Made by a program: the position numbers and the translations under genes | The notes under the pieces: model-generated | Database searches by the model: none | The model's input: the letters and a program-made list of their open reading frames with translations, nothing else | What the model was told of the DNA's origin: nothing | Origin: Chiloscyllium plagiosum | Taxonomy: Eukaryota | Assembly (NCBI RefSeq): GCF_004010195.1 | Contig: NC_057721.1 | Location: forward strand, 24,697,821-24,761,820 | DNA length: 64,000 bases | Reading direction: 5' to 3' | Shown here: positions 52,176 to 64,000 of the stretch, in pieces | Numbering within the stretch: position 1 is the stretch's first letter | Layout of the letters: each line of letters starts with the position of its first letter

Positions 52176-53296
52176 TTGAGAGTTTTGCACTAAGTTTGTG
52201 AAGGCATTGTTTGGATAGGTACTCATACATACATGCTGCTACCTGAGTAATGTTGCTGCTCTTTCAAATGTCAATGCACCTGTACCTTTGCACAGTACGC
52301 ACTGAACAGTCCATTGTCCAGGAAGCTCTTTTAAAATAATGATCCATTAAAAGTCCCAGTATTTATATGTTTCCACAATGTGATGTTCCTTAAGTTTTTG
52401 GGGGAATACGCTTCTTTCATATATACAAGGGAGATGGTCTTTCCAGTTTGTTAGACACTTGCTTCAAAGAACTAATCAGGTGAACACTTTGGCTGGGCTT
52501 TAAACAATGGAGCAACAAAGATTCATAGAGTCATGGACTTCTACAGCAAAGAAACAGACCCTTTAGTCCAACTCATCCACCCTGACCAGACATCCAGTCT
52601 GACCTAGTCCCATTTGCAGAACTTGGCCTATATTCCTCTAAAGCCTTCCAATTCATATACCCATCCAGATACCTTTTAAATGTTGTAGTTGTTGTACCAG
52701 TCTCCACCACTTCATCTGGCAGCTCATTCCATCCACCCTCTGTGTGACAAGGTTACCCCTCAGGTTCTTTTGAAATCTTTCCCCTCTCACCTTAAACTTA
52801 TGCCCTCTAGTTGTGGACTCCTCACCCTAGGACAAAGACCTTTTCTCTCTCCCCTAACCATGCCTCTCATGATTTTCTGAACCTCTAAAAAGTCACCCTC
52901 AGCATCTGATGACCCAGGGGGAAAGCCCAGCCTATTCAGCCTCTCTTGATAGCTCAAACTCTCCAATCCCAGCACATTTTTGTAAATCTTTACTGCACCA
53001 TCTCAAGTTTAAGAAAATCCCATCTATAGAAGGGCAACCAGAATTGTACACAGTATTCTAAACAATGGTTTCACAAATGTCCTGTACATCACATTGTGGA
53101 AACATATAAAAACTGGGACTTTTAATGGATCATTATTTTAAAAGAGCTTCCTGGACAATGGACTGTTCAGTGTGTACTGTGCAAAGGTACAGGTGCATTG
53201 ACATTTGAAAGAACAGCAACATTACCCAGGTAACAGCATGTATTTGTGAGTACCTATCCAAATAATGCCTTCACAAACTTAGTGCAAAACTCTCAA
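52176..53296. repeat. 211-bp inverted repeat (52176-52386 / 53086-53296)
   Basis: Ungapped hand alignment gives about 8 mismatches. Confidence 0.95.
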
Positions 53297-53745
53297 CATG
53301 ATGTCTCAACTCCTACACTCAATGCTCTGACCAATGAAGGCAAGAGTGCCAAACACCCTCTTCACCATCCTGTTCATCTGAAAGTCCACTTTCAAGGAAC
53401 TATACACCTGCACCCCTGGGTCTCTTTGTTCGAAAACAATTCCCAGGTCTCTACTGTATACGTCCTGCCCTGGTTTGCCTTACCAAAATGCAACACTTCA
53501 CATTTATCTAAATCAAACTTTATCTGCCACTCCTCGGCCCATCTGATCAAGGTCCTGTTGTAATCTGGGATAACCTTAACTATCCAATATATGCACTAAC
53601 TATGCACTAATTATTTTGGTGTCATTTGCAAATTTACTAACCATTCCTCCTGTATTCACATCCAATACATTTATTTAAATCACAAAAATCTGTGGATCCA
53701 GCATCTGGCACACCAGACCAAAGAACCAACCCTCTACCACCACCT
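52521..53745 (-). mobile_element. CR1 LINE 3' part, interrupted at 53086-53296
   Basis: Tail catagagtcat. CR1 sequence '...aatgtcctgtaca' resumes as 'aacatgatgtctcaactcc' after the insert. Confidence 0.9.
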
Positions 53746-53932
53746 TCGCAAAGGCTCAACAAGATTAATTTGCAGTGGTAAGTAGATTGTAATTAGATAA
53801 TGCTTCAGACAGAGTTTTAATCTTGGGTTTTAGAACAAACTTGCTGCAGAGAATATCTTTTACAAGCAGGGTTCATTTGAAATATTGAAAAATTGGAATC
53901 CTGTAGAGTTCTGAGTAATGTAGGATATGACT

Positions 53933-54130
53933 GGATGCAGAGGGTAGTGCATGTGTGGAACAAGATGCCTGAGGAAGTGATAGAGCTGGTACAATTACAA
54001 CATTTAAAAGGCATCTGGATGAGTATTATGAACAGGAAGAGTTGAGAGGGACTTAGACCAAATGCTGGCAAATGGAACTAGATTAATTTAGAATATATTT
54101 AAGATTAATTAAGTACAACTCTCTGACTCT
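53933..54130 (+). mobile_element. Short CR1 3' end
   Basis: 'cagagggtagtgcatgtgtggaac...catttaaaaggcatctggatg'. Confidence 0.8.
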
Positions 54131-54134
54131 GTGT

Positions 54135-55727
54135 GTGGCAGAAGCAGGTTACAAGTGCCCATTGAGGCCCATCACAAGGTCCAAGTCAGCTCCCTCCCTC
54201 TTTGATTCTTGTCACATGTGGCGTGGCAAAGATTTCATTGGGAAGTGGTGAGTTGCCAACTGACGGTCATTATTGATTATTAAATGCCTTGTTAACAGCC
54301 CACCTACTTCATTAAAATTCACACCCCACCTTACTAAATTGACCAAATAGGCCTGATATCTGGAAAACACCCAGAACAAACACGAAGCCGATGCAAGCTT
54401 ATCGCTTGTTCTGAACAACCTCCCTATTGGACACCAAGCACCAACGTATCAGGGCATGCTCCATGGTCTCTGTTCACAAAGCAAACTGCATCAACAGCCA
54501 TTGGCATCCAGCCTGTGCCAGCCTCAAAGAGCTCTCATGGCACATCTCTGAGCAACTTACATTACCTTATTGCATCTTGGGACAAAACATCAACTATCAT
54601 TGTAATGCTGTAGCAAGGCACTCAGGGACACACACCAGCTCATGGGCTGGACCAGGCTACATTTCATTGGCTCTGAGCTTACCTGGATGTTCACAGCATT
54701 TCTGCCTTGTCTTTCTACCCTTCTATTCCCCCCCCCCCCCCCCCCCCTCCCTGAGCCAGAGATACTAGGCTTATGTTCCTTCTGTCTTGACCTATGATTT
54801 GATGCAGACACAAAACCAGAAGGCTTTTCGAGGTTGTCAGCAGGCCTCTATCAAGTCAAGAGTGAGACTTCATTCGTGTTAAGGGCAGCCTCTGACACCA
54901 GATCAAGGCCTGCTTTGGACAGAGTCAGGAACCTGTTTTCACAGAGAAGAAGAGCTGAAAGACAGGCAGCACCCCAATCGATTTGACTCTTTCTGCCCTA
55001 CTGTGGGCTGTTTTCCTTCTGAAGTGAGAGACAGGCAGTTAGTACAGAAGGTGGAAGTGGTTGGCACAGCTATTGCTGTTTGTGCTGGTGGGGAGATGTC
55101 TAGAGTGAGTGTGTAGGCAGCACAGAGGGCATGCAGTGTTAGTGGTCAGTGGTCAGGGTGGAAAAGAGCAAGAGGGGAAGGGCAATAGCAACAGTGGTAA
55201 AGCATGAACCTTGGTAAAAGATCAGTATGGTGGCAGAGATAGATTGCATGCAATGTATTGGATGGAGGATGATAGCAGATACCTTGGTCAAGTGAAGACA
55301 AACATTGATCATCTTCTTCCTGGTTTCGTGGCCTCCATCTCTAGTCCAGAGACAGTTCCAAGTTGGCGCTACTCTGCCCAGCAGGACCTCCAGGTCCTTG
55401 CCTGCAAAGTGGATGATTGATTCTCTCCTGTATGACATGTCCAGGGCAAACGTCAGGAACTATGCAGGGCATATCCAGACTGATATGATGGTGCAAACAC
55501 AAGGGATGCTGGCATTTTAATGGATAGTTAGTGTATGGTATAGTATTATGGAAATGACCGTGGTATGATAAGGCAGAAATCAAATATGAAAGATGCCCTA
55601 GAAATATGGTGGGCAATTAATAAGGCAAGTTTGCTCAGGTGGAACTGAGAAAACACCTCACAGTGAGAAACCCTCCAGAAAACTCAGTGCAACTCAGGTG
55701 TCACCACAACAATGTAAAACTCAGTCC
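54135..55727 (-). mobile_element. PIF/Harbinger-like DNA transposon remnant with a Myb/SANT ORF fragment
   Basis: ORF 55139-55438 'HFAGKDLEVLLGRV...RKKMIN' resembles Harbinger Myb/SANT proteins (PRFSxxDLEVLLxxV...RKKxNDL). The end 'gtaaaactcagtcc' resembles a GGGCTGAATTTT-type TIR. Boundaries uncertain. Confidence 0.4.
54728..54747. repeat. Poly-C run (20 nt)
   Basis: Homopolymer. Confidence 0.9.
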
Positions 55728-56616
55728 ATTATGTTTTGGCAAAACAAATTTAAACTTTTTGTGGAGACAGTTAGCTGAGTTTGTTGGATAACTGGTTTGA
55801 AATGGAGAATGACACAAACAGCATGGGTTCCGTTCCTCTTCCAGCTAAGCTCTGAAACCCCAACTTCTCAACCTCACCCTTGTCTGTTGGGTCTGAGTAG
55901 GATGCTCTTTGGAGGTTCAGTGCAGACTCGATGGGCCTAATGGCCTGCTTTTTGCACTGCAGGAATTCTACGATTCTTCTATGATCTGATGAAAAACAAT
56001 TAAATGTATTACTGGCCTGCACTGAGATTGAAGCAACACACAACACAGATTTTTCATTTAACTTTAGCTTACTTGATAATTGTTTCTGCATTTAACCTTT
56101 TACCACAAAAATTACCCTTGAGAATATTTCCTTTCACTCTTTAAGGTCGGCCATCTTATTTCGATATAAACTTCAATGGTGCTATTCACTGTAGTAATAA
56201 ATCATGCCTCTCTGGGCCTGATATGGATTATCATCACCCTTGTTATTATTCATAAATGTAAGCTTAAATCTAATGTAGTCATTGGTTTTCTTTGTTATAT
56301 TCAGTCCTTGTCACCTCCTCATTTATTCAGAATGGAAAGAGGGAGAGAGTGATGTCTTAAATCTTTAAGTGGAGAGAGTTTAATTTGTCCATGTCACTGT
56401 CGGCATGAGAGTAGACACTTTCCCAGCAATAAACAAAAGATAAATTTGCTTAAAAACATTCCTCACCCAATAATACATTGTAGCTATGTATATTCAGCTC
56501 ATAAACAAAATATTTGTAGGTCTTCTATTTTCCATTCTTGACAGAATTGCATTTCACATGCTCATTTAACACTGTTCACTTGATTCAGTCTTTGTACCAT
56601 GTTTGTCAAATTTCTG

Positions 56617-56817
56617 GGAGGAAGTGAGGACTGCAGATGCTGGAGGTTGGAGTCCGAGAGTGTGGTGCTGGAAAAGCACAGCAGGTCAGGCAGCATCCGA
56701 GGAGCAGGAGAATTGAGTTTCAAGGATAAGCCCTTCATCAGGGGTTATGCTCGAAACGTCGACTCTCCTGCTACTCGGATGCTGCCTAACCAGCTGTGCT
56801 TTTCCAGCACCACACAC
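56617..56817. mobile_element. Short palindromic Penelope-derived element (same family as 49910)
   Basis: Arms gtgtggtgctggaaaagcacagc..ggcagcatccgaggagcaggag / ctcctgctactcggatgctgcc..gctgtgcttttccagcaccacac. Perfect 15-bp TSD tttgtcaaatttctg at 56602-56616 / 56818-56832. Confidence 0.85.
56706..56744 (-). ncRNA. Hammerhead ribozyme core (Penelope-associated)
   Basis: Minus strand reads CCCTGATGA-AGGG-CTTAT-CCTT-GAAACTC. The opposite arm keeps the 3' half, TTATGCTC-GAAAC-GTC. Confidence 0.5.
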
Positions 56818-57147
56818 TTTGTCAAATTTCTGTCACTGTTTATGAGGTGCCAGACATGGTAAAATGTTATTAGCTGATCAAAAATCATCTTCAGTTACTG
56901 AGATCAAGTTTCTGTTAATACCAATTATATGATGCCTGTCGGTTCTACATATCATTTTTGTTTCACTGCTGCTGAGAAGATCTGTTTATGAGAAGTTAGA
57001 AGTACACAGTATCCAAAAGCACTCTGCTTAGCATCAGCTTTGGTCCTACTGCTTGATAAAAGCACACATTGTGCTTTTCGTGTTTGCTTCCCTTCTAATT
57101 GAAGTTGCAAATGGGCTCCTTACAAACTTATCTAAAGTCTTTTTTAA

Positions 57148-57470
57148 GGAGGGCGGCACGGTGGCACAGTGGTTAGCACTGCTGCCTCACAGCACCAGAG
57201 ACCCGGGTTCAATTCCCGCCTCAGGTGACTGACTGTGTGGAGTTTGCACGTTCTCCCCGTGTCTGCGTGGGTTTCCTCCGGGTGCTCCGGTTTCCTCCCA
57301 CAGTCCAAAGATGTGCAGGTCAGGTGAATTGGCCATGCTAAATTGCCCATAGTGTTAGGTAAGGGGTAAATGTAGGGGAATGGGTGGGTTTCGCTTCGGC
57401 GGGGCGGTGTGGACTTGTTGGGCCGAAGGGCCTGTTTCCACACTGTAATCTAATCTAATCTAATCTAATC
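57148..57470 (+). mobile_element. Young full-length HE1 V-SINE
   Basis: CpG-rich, intact A and B boxes, (taatc)5 tail. Confidence 0.95.
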
Positions 57471-58538
57471 TTTTTTCACGGCCAGTCCATAATGTCATCT
57501 GGCATTTTCTGTCTGGTTTTTTTGTGATGGTTTTGTTGTGACAAATGGATAAACAGACAAAGGCATGGTTTTTACTGAACGCAATGTGGCAGGTTGGAGA
57601 ATCTAAATTATTAATATTTGGAAAGTTTCTGAGAAATGCTTGCTATTTTGTTGATCACACTGAAGAAACATTGTTGTGAAGAACATAAAAAGTATGACAA
57701 AATACATTTTCAATTTCCTTAATGCAGAAAGCCTCTGAAACTATTGACAGATGGTCTGATTCTAAGCTTGATGTAAAGTCAATTTGAGTGAAGTTAATGG
57801 ATGGTCCTTGAATGTTTTGCATGTCCAGCACTTTTGAGTGACTGCAGCAAAATAATGATGGCACTACTGTTCGAAGAGATATGTAATGGAAAACATTAAA
57901 GAACATGCAGCACAGAAGCAGGCCAATTGACCCAAATGATTTATAGCCATGTTCATACTCCTCATGAGCCTCCTCACAAACTGTTCAGCCTATCAACATA
58001 TCATTGTGACTGCCTTGTCATTGGGGATTTTGGTATCACCGTGGAAAAGCTGTGACCTGAACTGAACAGTAAGAATCAGTTAGAATTGGAAACCTCATGC
58101 AAATGAGTTCTGTTGTGAACGAGTGGAGCATGGAGCACTCTGGTCTGCAAGTGATATTTCAAATTGCTGCCGAAGCATAGAGTCTTTCAGGAATGGAAAT
58201 AAAATGACATTTCTAATAACGTTTCTGTGTTCAAAGGCAGGCCCGTGCCACAGCAATGATTCAATTAAAGCAATGCAGTAGCTGATTAGATGACCTCTGT
58301 CTTTCTGATACTGTGTTCCCATGTCTGTGACTGACCTGATTTTGAAGCACTTCGGTAGGCAGGGACATGTGTGTTTGGGAAGAGATTAAAGATCCTCAGA
58401 TTATGGTAGAAAATGCTGGAAACACATCAATTCAAGCAGCATCAGTGAATAAAGGAAAGTGGAATCATAGAATACTACAGTGCACAAGGAGGCCATGTGT
58501 GCCTGTGATAGCCTTCACAAAAACTTGTCCAATTTACA

Positions 58539-59363
58539 ACCAAAAGAGAAAATGCTGGAAAATCTCAGCAGGTCTGGCAGCATCTGTAAGGAGAGAAAAG
58601 AGCTGACGTTTTGAGTCTAACTGACCCTTTGTCAAAGCTAAAAAAAGGGAGAAATAGGGGGAGGTATTTATACGAGGCTGAGAGAAAGTGAGTCATGACT
58701 CCAGAAGCAAAGGTAGCAATAAAGAGGTGATAATGACGGTGCATAGAGAGATTATGGGGAGATTAGGAGCTGTGAATGACCAAGGCTGAAGCCAGTGCTA
58801 TGTGATAAAATATGCGGGGGATGGTGAAGCAGAGGCAAAATGGAAAACAGGGGAGAAGGGTAGGAAAGGGGGAAGAGGAGAGGAAAAAGGTGATGAGAGA
58901 ATGGGGAGCGAGAGAAAGAGAGACAATCAAGAAATAAGAGGTACTGAACAGTGAAAAAAATATATAAAAAGATAAATACAATAAATGAAATAAAATTACG
59001 GAGCAGAATGAAAACAGAGGGGTCGAGGTGGGATAATCATCTGAATGTTGAGACCGACAGGGGGCCCACACAGTCATTTGGGCTCTGTTGACACCTCAGC
59101 TAAATATATGGATATATGATTGATAAACATGCAGACCTGTATATACAAATGATAAATTCTGATCTCTGTATGCAAAGAAATTGAATGTTTCCGTATGTAT
59201 AGCATGACCAACTGTACAGACCATCAAAATAATTTATGAATGAAGTATATTTTTGAAATAAGAAAAAGCTCCTTTCTCTCCTTACAGATGCTGCCAGACC
59301 TGCTGAGATTTTCCAGCATTTTCTCTTTTGGTTTCAGATTCCAGCATCCGCAGTAATTTGATT
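58539..59363. mobile_element. Penelope-like element with inverted pseudo-LTR arms
   Basis: Arms 58539-58604 / 59267-59332, purine-rich interior. Perfect 14-bp TSD ttgtccaatttaca at 58525-58538 / 59364-59377. Confidence 0.8.
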
Positions 59364-61114
59364 TTGTCCAATTTACACTCCTATTTCAGCTTTCTCCACC
59401 TAATCCTGCAAATCAGTTCCAGTATAGCACATAGCCAATTGCTTTGAAAAACTCTTCATTTCGGTTATATAAGCTAATGGTTCTGAAATAGTTAAAACCA
59501 AATATTTCATTAAGCTCCACCCAATCTGATGATGCGACAAGGAGTTGGGTGAAGTAAAGCAGAGTATCTCGAGATCTCAAAGGACACAGACCTATTATCC
59601 TGGCATTTCCAGGGTCAGCCAGAGGGCAATTAATTTCCACAATTCAGGAGAGAGCAAATAGCTGCCTGGCACATACAATTAGAAAATGTTTGCACTTGCA
59701 GGAGCACCACAAGGACCCTAATCCAGGCACCAATTCCACTTATAAGACAACTCATAAAACAGATTTTTTTTTTTTAAATCTTTTTTTTAAAGAGGAAACT
59801 TGCCTCATCTGAAACTCTGTTGTATCCTTGCTGTCATTGCACTGAGCATTTCAGACATCAATTCTGTTCCCAGTCTTGCATGAGTCAGTAAACTGGGGAC
59901 TCCCATAATAGCATTAAGCTAGGAGAGATCGAAATAAAGGCCGCAGTGTTTTGATTCTGCAGAATTTGGAGCCGGTTTTCCACCTGCTGTGAAGTCTCGA
60001 TTCAGAACAGTGACCAAGTCATGTTGCACCAAAACCGGAAACTAATTAGTAATAAATAGATGATTCATCCCATGCAGTAGGGGGAGGTAAACTGCTCTGT
60101 GGAGATTGGAAGGTTAAAGAGTCACTGTATTCGTAGAGTTCTTGGAAAATTGCAATCACTTTACAACATAACAATGCAGATAAATTGACCTTGACTGGTT
60201 CAGAGTTTATGCTCCTCTTACACCTGCCTGCAAGCTTTAATCACATATATTTCTGATAAGTAAGGCATATTTTATAAAAAATAACATTTGTAAAAATGGT
60301 TTCAATATCATTAAAGTATGATATTGTGTAAGCAAAATTACGGATCAAATCTATGCAGTACAGTATATGACACTCTAAGGTGCCTCACACATTGTCCAAA
60401 ATATTAAAATATTTTCTGCATATGACCCCCCAAGGGGTTTTATTTGGATTTTATCACTTTAGTAACCACTCTGACCTTTCAGCAGCCACCTCAAGCTTCG
60501 GTCCATTTCTCAACACCCGGTTCTGGACTGTGGAATGTGCCAGTCTGAAACACATGGCTGGAAACAGCCCCTTGCTCTAGAAGGCCAACACGATTCAGGC
60601 AAATGAAATAGCACCTTTTATAAAGTTGCGTGTTTTCAAATAACAATTGGTTTTTTTAAATCTCCAAGTGTGTCCCTAGGAACAGACCATCCTGTGTGAT
60701 GAGAAGAGAATCTGAGTTATGTAGTTGCTAAGATGAACCTCAAGAAAAGAAATCTGATTCTCTTTTCCACACATTCTTGCAATCTGCTTTCCTCCCCAGC
60801 TGCCTTAAAGACAGCATGCATTGGCACTGTGATCCCAGCTGTGCGTGAATAATCTGCTCGAGAGCCTGTTTCTCTCCACCTGCCTTGCTACATCTTGGTG
60901 CTTTGATAAAAATTCTGATAGCGAGGCATTCTGCCACCTAGCCTTAACAGTTTGCACAGAGAACTGTGCAACACAAACTCCAATCTCTTTTTCCTGTAGG
61001 GCCTCAAAGATGTCACACACAGACCACTATTATAGACTTTTGTTTAGAGATGCTTTTCTGCACCAAACTTTCCATGAACAACAGATTATACAGCATGATC
61101 TGTCTGAATGCCGA

Positions 61115-63120
61115 TGGGATGTGATTTACCCAAGGATACTGAGAGAATTGAGACGGGAAATTGTGAAGACACTGTCTGTAAATTTTAAAATTTCTATAGA
61201 CTTGGGGGTGGTCCCAGAAGACTGGAGAATTGTAAACGTAGCACCATTGTACATGTAAGAATGTAATGCTATACCCAGAAACTACAGGCCAATCAGTTTA
61301 ACCACAGGAAGCTTCAAGAAGCTTTGAGAAACATTAGGCAGAATCGTACTGGGGTCTGAGTGATGAAGGCTATGTGGCAGAACGGTGTCACAAGTCCAGC
61401 AAGGCCCATCTTGATGTTGGGAGTATCTTGTGCCGCCTTTATGTTTTTGACAAGAAGCTTGGAGAGTTTCTCACTATGCAGCAGAAAGTGCCAATTAGGT
61501 CAAAATATTCAGTCACTTGCATGAATGTGTGTTATGTAAGAAAACCAGTGTGGATTTATTTAGGGCATATTCCATTTCACCAACTTGTGTGAATAATTTG
61601 GAGTAGTAGCAGACTGGATTGAAGAGTGTAACATTTTTAACATGGTTAACATAGACTTCAAAACAATGTAATAAATTACCACATAATAGACTTACTAGCA
61701 ACATTACTAACCCCTTTAATCCACGAGTTATAGTGAAGTGAATGGAGAATTAACAGGTAACAGAGTAGTGGTTAATGGGTAGTTTCAGAATGGAGGAGGT
61801 TTTGTAGACTTTAGATTACATTACAGTGTGGAAACAGGCCCTTCGGCCCAACAAGTCCACACCGACCCACCGAAGCGCAACACACCCATACATTTACCTC
61901 TTACCTAACACAATGGACAATTTAGCATGGCCAATTCACCTGACCTGCACATCTTTGGACTGTGGGAGAAAACCGGAGGACCCGGAGGAAACCCACGCAG
62001 ACACGGGGAGAATGTACAAACTCCACACAGTCAGTCGCCTGAGGCGGGAATTGAACCCGGGTCTCTGGCACTGTGAGGCAGCAGTGCTAACCACTGTGCC
62101 ACCGTGCCGCCCCATAAGTTGATGTTTGGACCCTTGCTTGTCTTAGTATATATTAATGACTTGGACCTTGGTGTAAAGGGCTCAATTTCAATTGTTGAAG
62201 ATTATTTGAATCTTGGAACTATGGTGAACAGTGAGGAGGATGGTGCAGAATTTCAAAAGGGCATTAACACATTAATGGAATGGGTAGACAAGTCACACAT
62301 GAAGTTCAATGTGAAGACGTGTGAGGTGATACAGTGTGGTAGAAAAAACATGGACAGACAATATAAAATAAAGGATACAATTCAAAAGGTGAGGGCTCTT
62401 GAGCCACAGTGGTAGCGTCCCTACATCTGGGGCAGAAAGCTCAAATTGATCTTCCTCCTGTTCTAGAGGTGTGCCATAATATATCTGAGTAGGTTGATTA
62501 AATATACCTACAACTCTAAAGGGGTTGCAGGAGAAGAATGACCAGGGTGTATAAGTGCATTTGCATATCGGATATTTTGAGAATTTACTTAAAATATACA
62601 GTGTCTTAAGTTTCGTTGATAGTAACAAAGCACAAAAGAAAGAAAGATTCATAAAATGGTTCCCAAAGATGTGGAGCTTCAGTTGAGGTGGTAGATCAGA
62701 GAGACTGGGATTATTTTCCTTGAAGAAGAGAAAGTTGAAAGGAGATTTGAAAATTTGATAGAGGTATTCAAATTCATGAGGTTCATGATAGAGTAGATAA
62801 GGAGAAACTGTTTCTGTTGATAGAAGGATTGAAAACCAGAGGACACAAATTTAAGGTGTTTCAGTAAAGAAGCAACGAATAGAGGTATGAGGAAGAATAT
62901 TTTTATTGTTGAGATTTGGTGCTTAAGATTGGGAATGCACTCCTTGACAGTGTGGTGGAGATAGGATCTATTCCAGCATTTCAGAGGGAAACAGATTCAT
63001 TTCTGAAAAGGAAGAATGCACAGGGTATGGGGGGAAAAGTTAGGAAAGTGGTTGCAGTTGAATTGCTCTTTCTGAGAGTCAGCACCAACGCAAAGGACTG
63101 AGTTGTATCTTGAAATGCTG
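61115..63120 (+). mobile_element. Old degenerate CR1 LINE with nested inserts
   Basis: IYPRILRE...VPEDWRIVNVAPL and VYINDLDLG...MKFNVKTCEV. Confidence 0.8.
61806..62113 (-). mobile_element. Young HE1 V-SINE nested in CR1
   Basis: Near reverse complement of 57148-57470. Confidence 0.93.
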
Positions 63121-64000
63121 TACACAAATTGTAAACCTGTCATCAGTGAGCATCTAGCCTCTTACTTGGCTATTCCACCCGCCACCCCAAATTCTCATGC
63201 CAATCATGCTCAAACCATGCTTCCACGCACAGGACTAGTCACCCCCAAAAGGTGTCGTGAAGACGGCTGAATCAGACAGAGACCCTAACGACTTCAATAA
63301 GCAGAAACCCTCTGAAACTTAAAACTAAGTTACTAATGTACAGCAGTGAAGGGGAATGCTCTCTGGGGGCCATGTGATGGAATTCCTTTCAGTGGTTTCA
63401 CCAATGGGGCATGGAACATTCTGCCCCAGTGGTCCCCAGTGTTTGCAGGAGGACATCTCCATGATACTGGTGGACTCTCCACACACACAAAAGGCCAATT
63501 GATCACTAGTTTTACTGGGCCCAATATGCCAAACTCTCTTGCCATTTTAGCGAACCGTCCCGAAGTAAAGCCTTAAATGATTTACTTGGCTGTTTGCTTT
63601 CTTGAATCTGGCCTGTTTCACTGATATTTTTTCAGCGATGGCAGTACACGATATTTAAATAGAGAGTCGACAAAAAGCTTGGTGCACCCATACACAAAGT
63701 TGCCATCAGGGTGGGAGCATGTTAGGTCTATGTTTCCTGTTCTGTCTGGTGGTTTTTTTTTATATCATCTCCCTGTGGATACAGTCCATTTTCAACCTCC
63801 AGGTCAAGTAGAAGTTGATTTGAATGACTGCAAATGGTGCAGCAGCCTATTAGGGGCCAGACCAGCACCATATACAACAACATTAAGAGCAATTTGTATT
63901 TACCAAAGGTGAGGTACATGCTGCTGAGTCAGATGGAAGTATGGAGAAGGACCAGCGCTGCTACTTCCCTGTTTCAGTATAATTTTGGCTTCCATTTGGC

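Larger units (their letters stand above)
22992..64000 (+). other. DMD: 5' part of dystrophin intron 55
   Basis: Starts at the GT donor. No exon-56-like peptide (DLQGEIEAH...) recognised in the remaining 41 kb. Confidence 0.75.

Noticed and set aside
57148-57225. tRNA-like A/B boxes
   Set aside because: These are SINE heads without a full cloverleaf, not tRNA genes.
14556-62122. Recurrent ORFs of the type 'CGRKPEHPEETHADTGRTCKLHT'
   Set aside because: These are antisense translations of HE1 SINE V-domains, not a protein family.
63679-63919. Overlapping 77-aa and 63-aa ORFs at the window end
   Set aside because: No recognisable homology or codon or splice support.
22992-64000. Dp116 alternative first exon (MLHRKTYHVK-like) expected in intron 55
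   Set aside because: No matching peptide seen. In mammals it lies close to exon 56, which appears to be beyond this window.
1-64000. Prokaryotic-type systems (CRISPR arrays, operons) or endogenous viral genes
   Set aside because: No regularly spaced repeat-spacer array and no long non-TE ORFs. The sequence is vertebrate intron.

Overview
This is eukaryotic, repeat-rich, mostly intronic DNA from a cartilaginous fish. The shark assignment is an inference from HE1-type V-SINEs paired with HER1/CR1 LINEs and from DeuSINE remnants. The only host coding sequence I can support is one 190-bp + strand exon (22802-22991) orthologous to dystrophin (DMD) exon 55, so the window is probably >22.8 kb of intron 54 and >41 kb of intron 55. 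The rest is many CR1 LINE fragments, about 9 HE1/V-SINEs, and an old Gypsy LTR element with both LTRs, a TSD and no RT/RNase H. It also holds a solo LTR, RTE, L2, Rex1, Tigger and Harbinger remnants, and two assembly gaps. The best leads are: (1) four short self-complementary Penelope-derived elements with 13-15 bp TSDs plus one further fragment, two of these loci retaining hammerhead-ribozyme cores; (2) a textbook recursive-splice (ratchet) site in intron 55; (3) three locally templated insertions of 33, 117 and 211 bp, two of them inverted; (4) a Mutator-like foldback MITE with a 10-bp TSD. Almost all ORF-track entries are TE fragments or noise. Repeat boundaries were read by eye and are approximate unless a TSD is given. 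I found no evidence for a wholly new multi-gene system.
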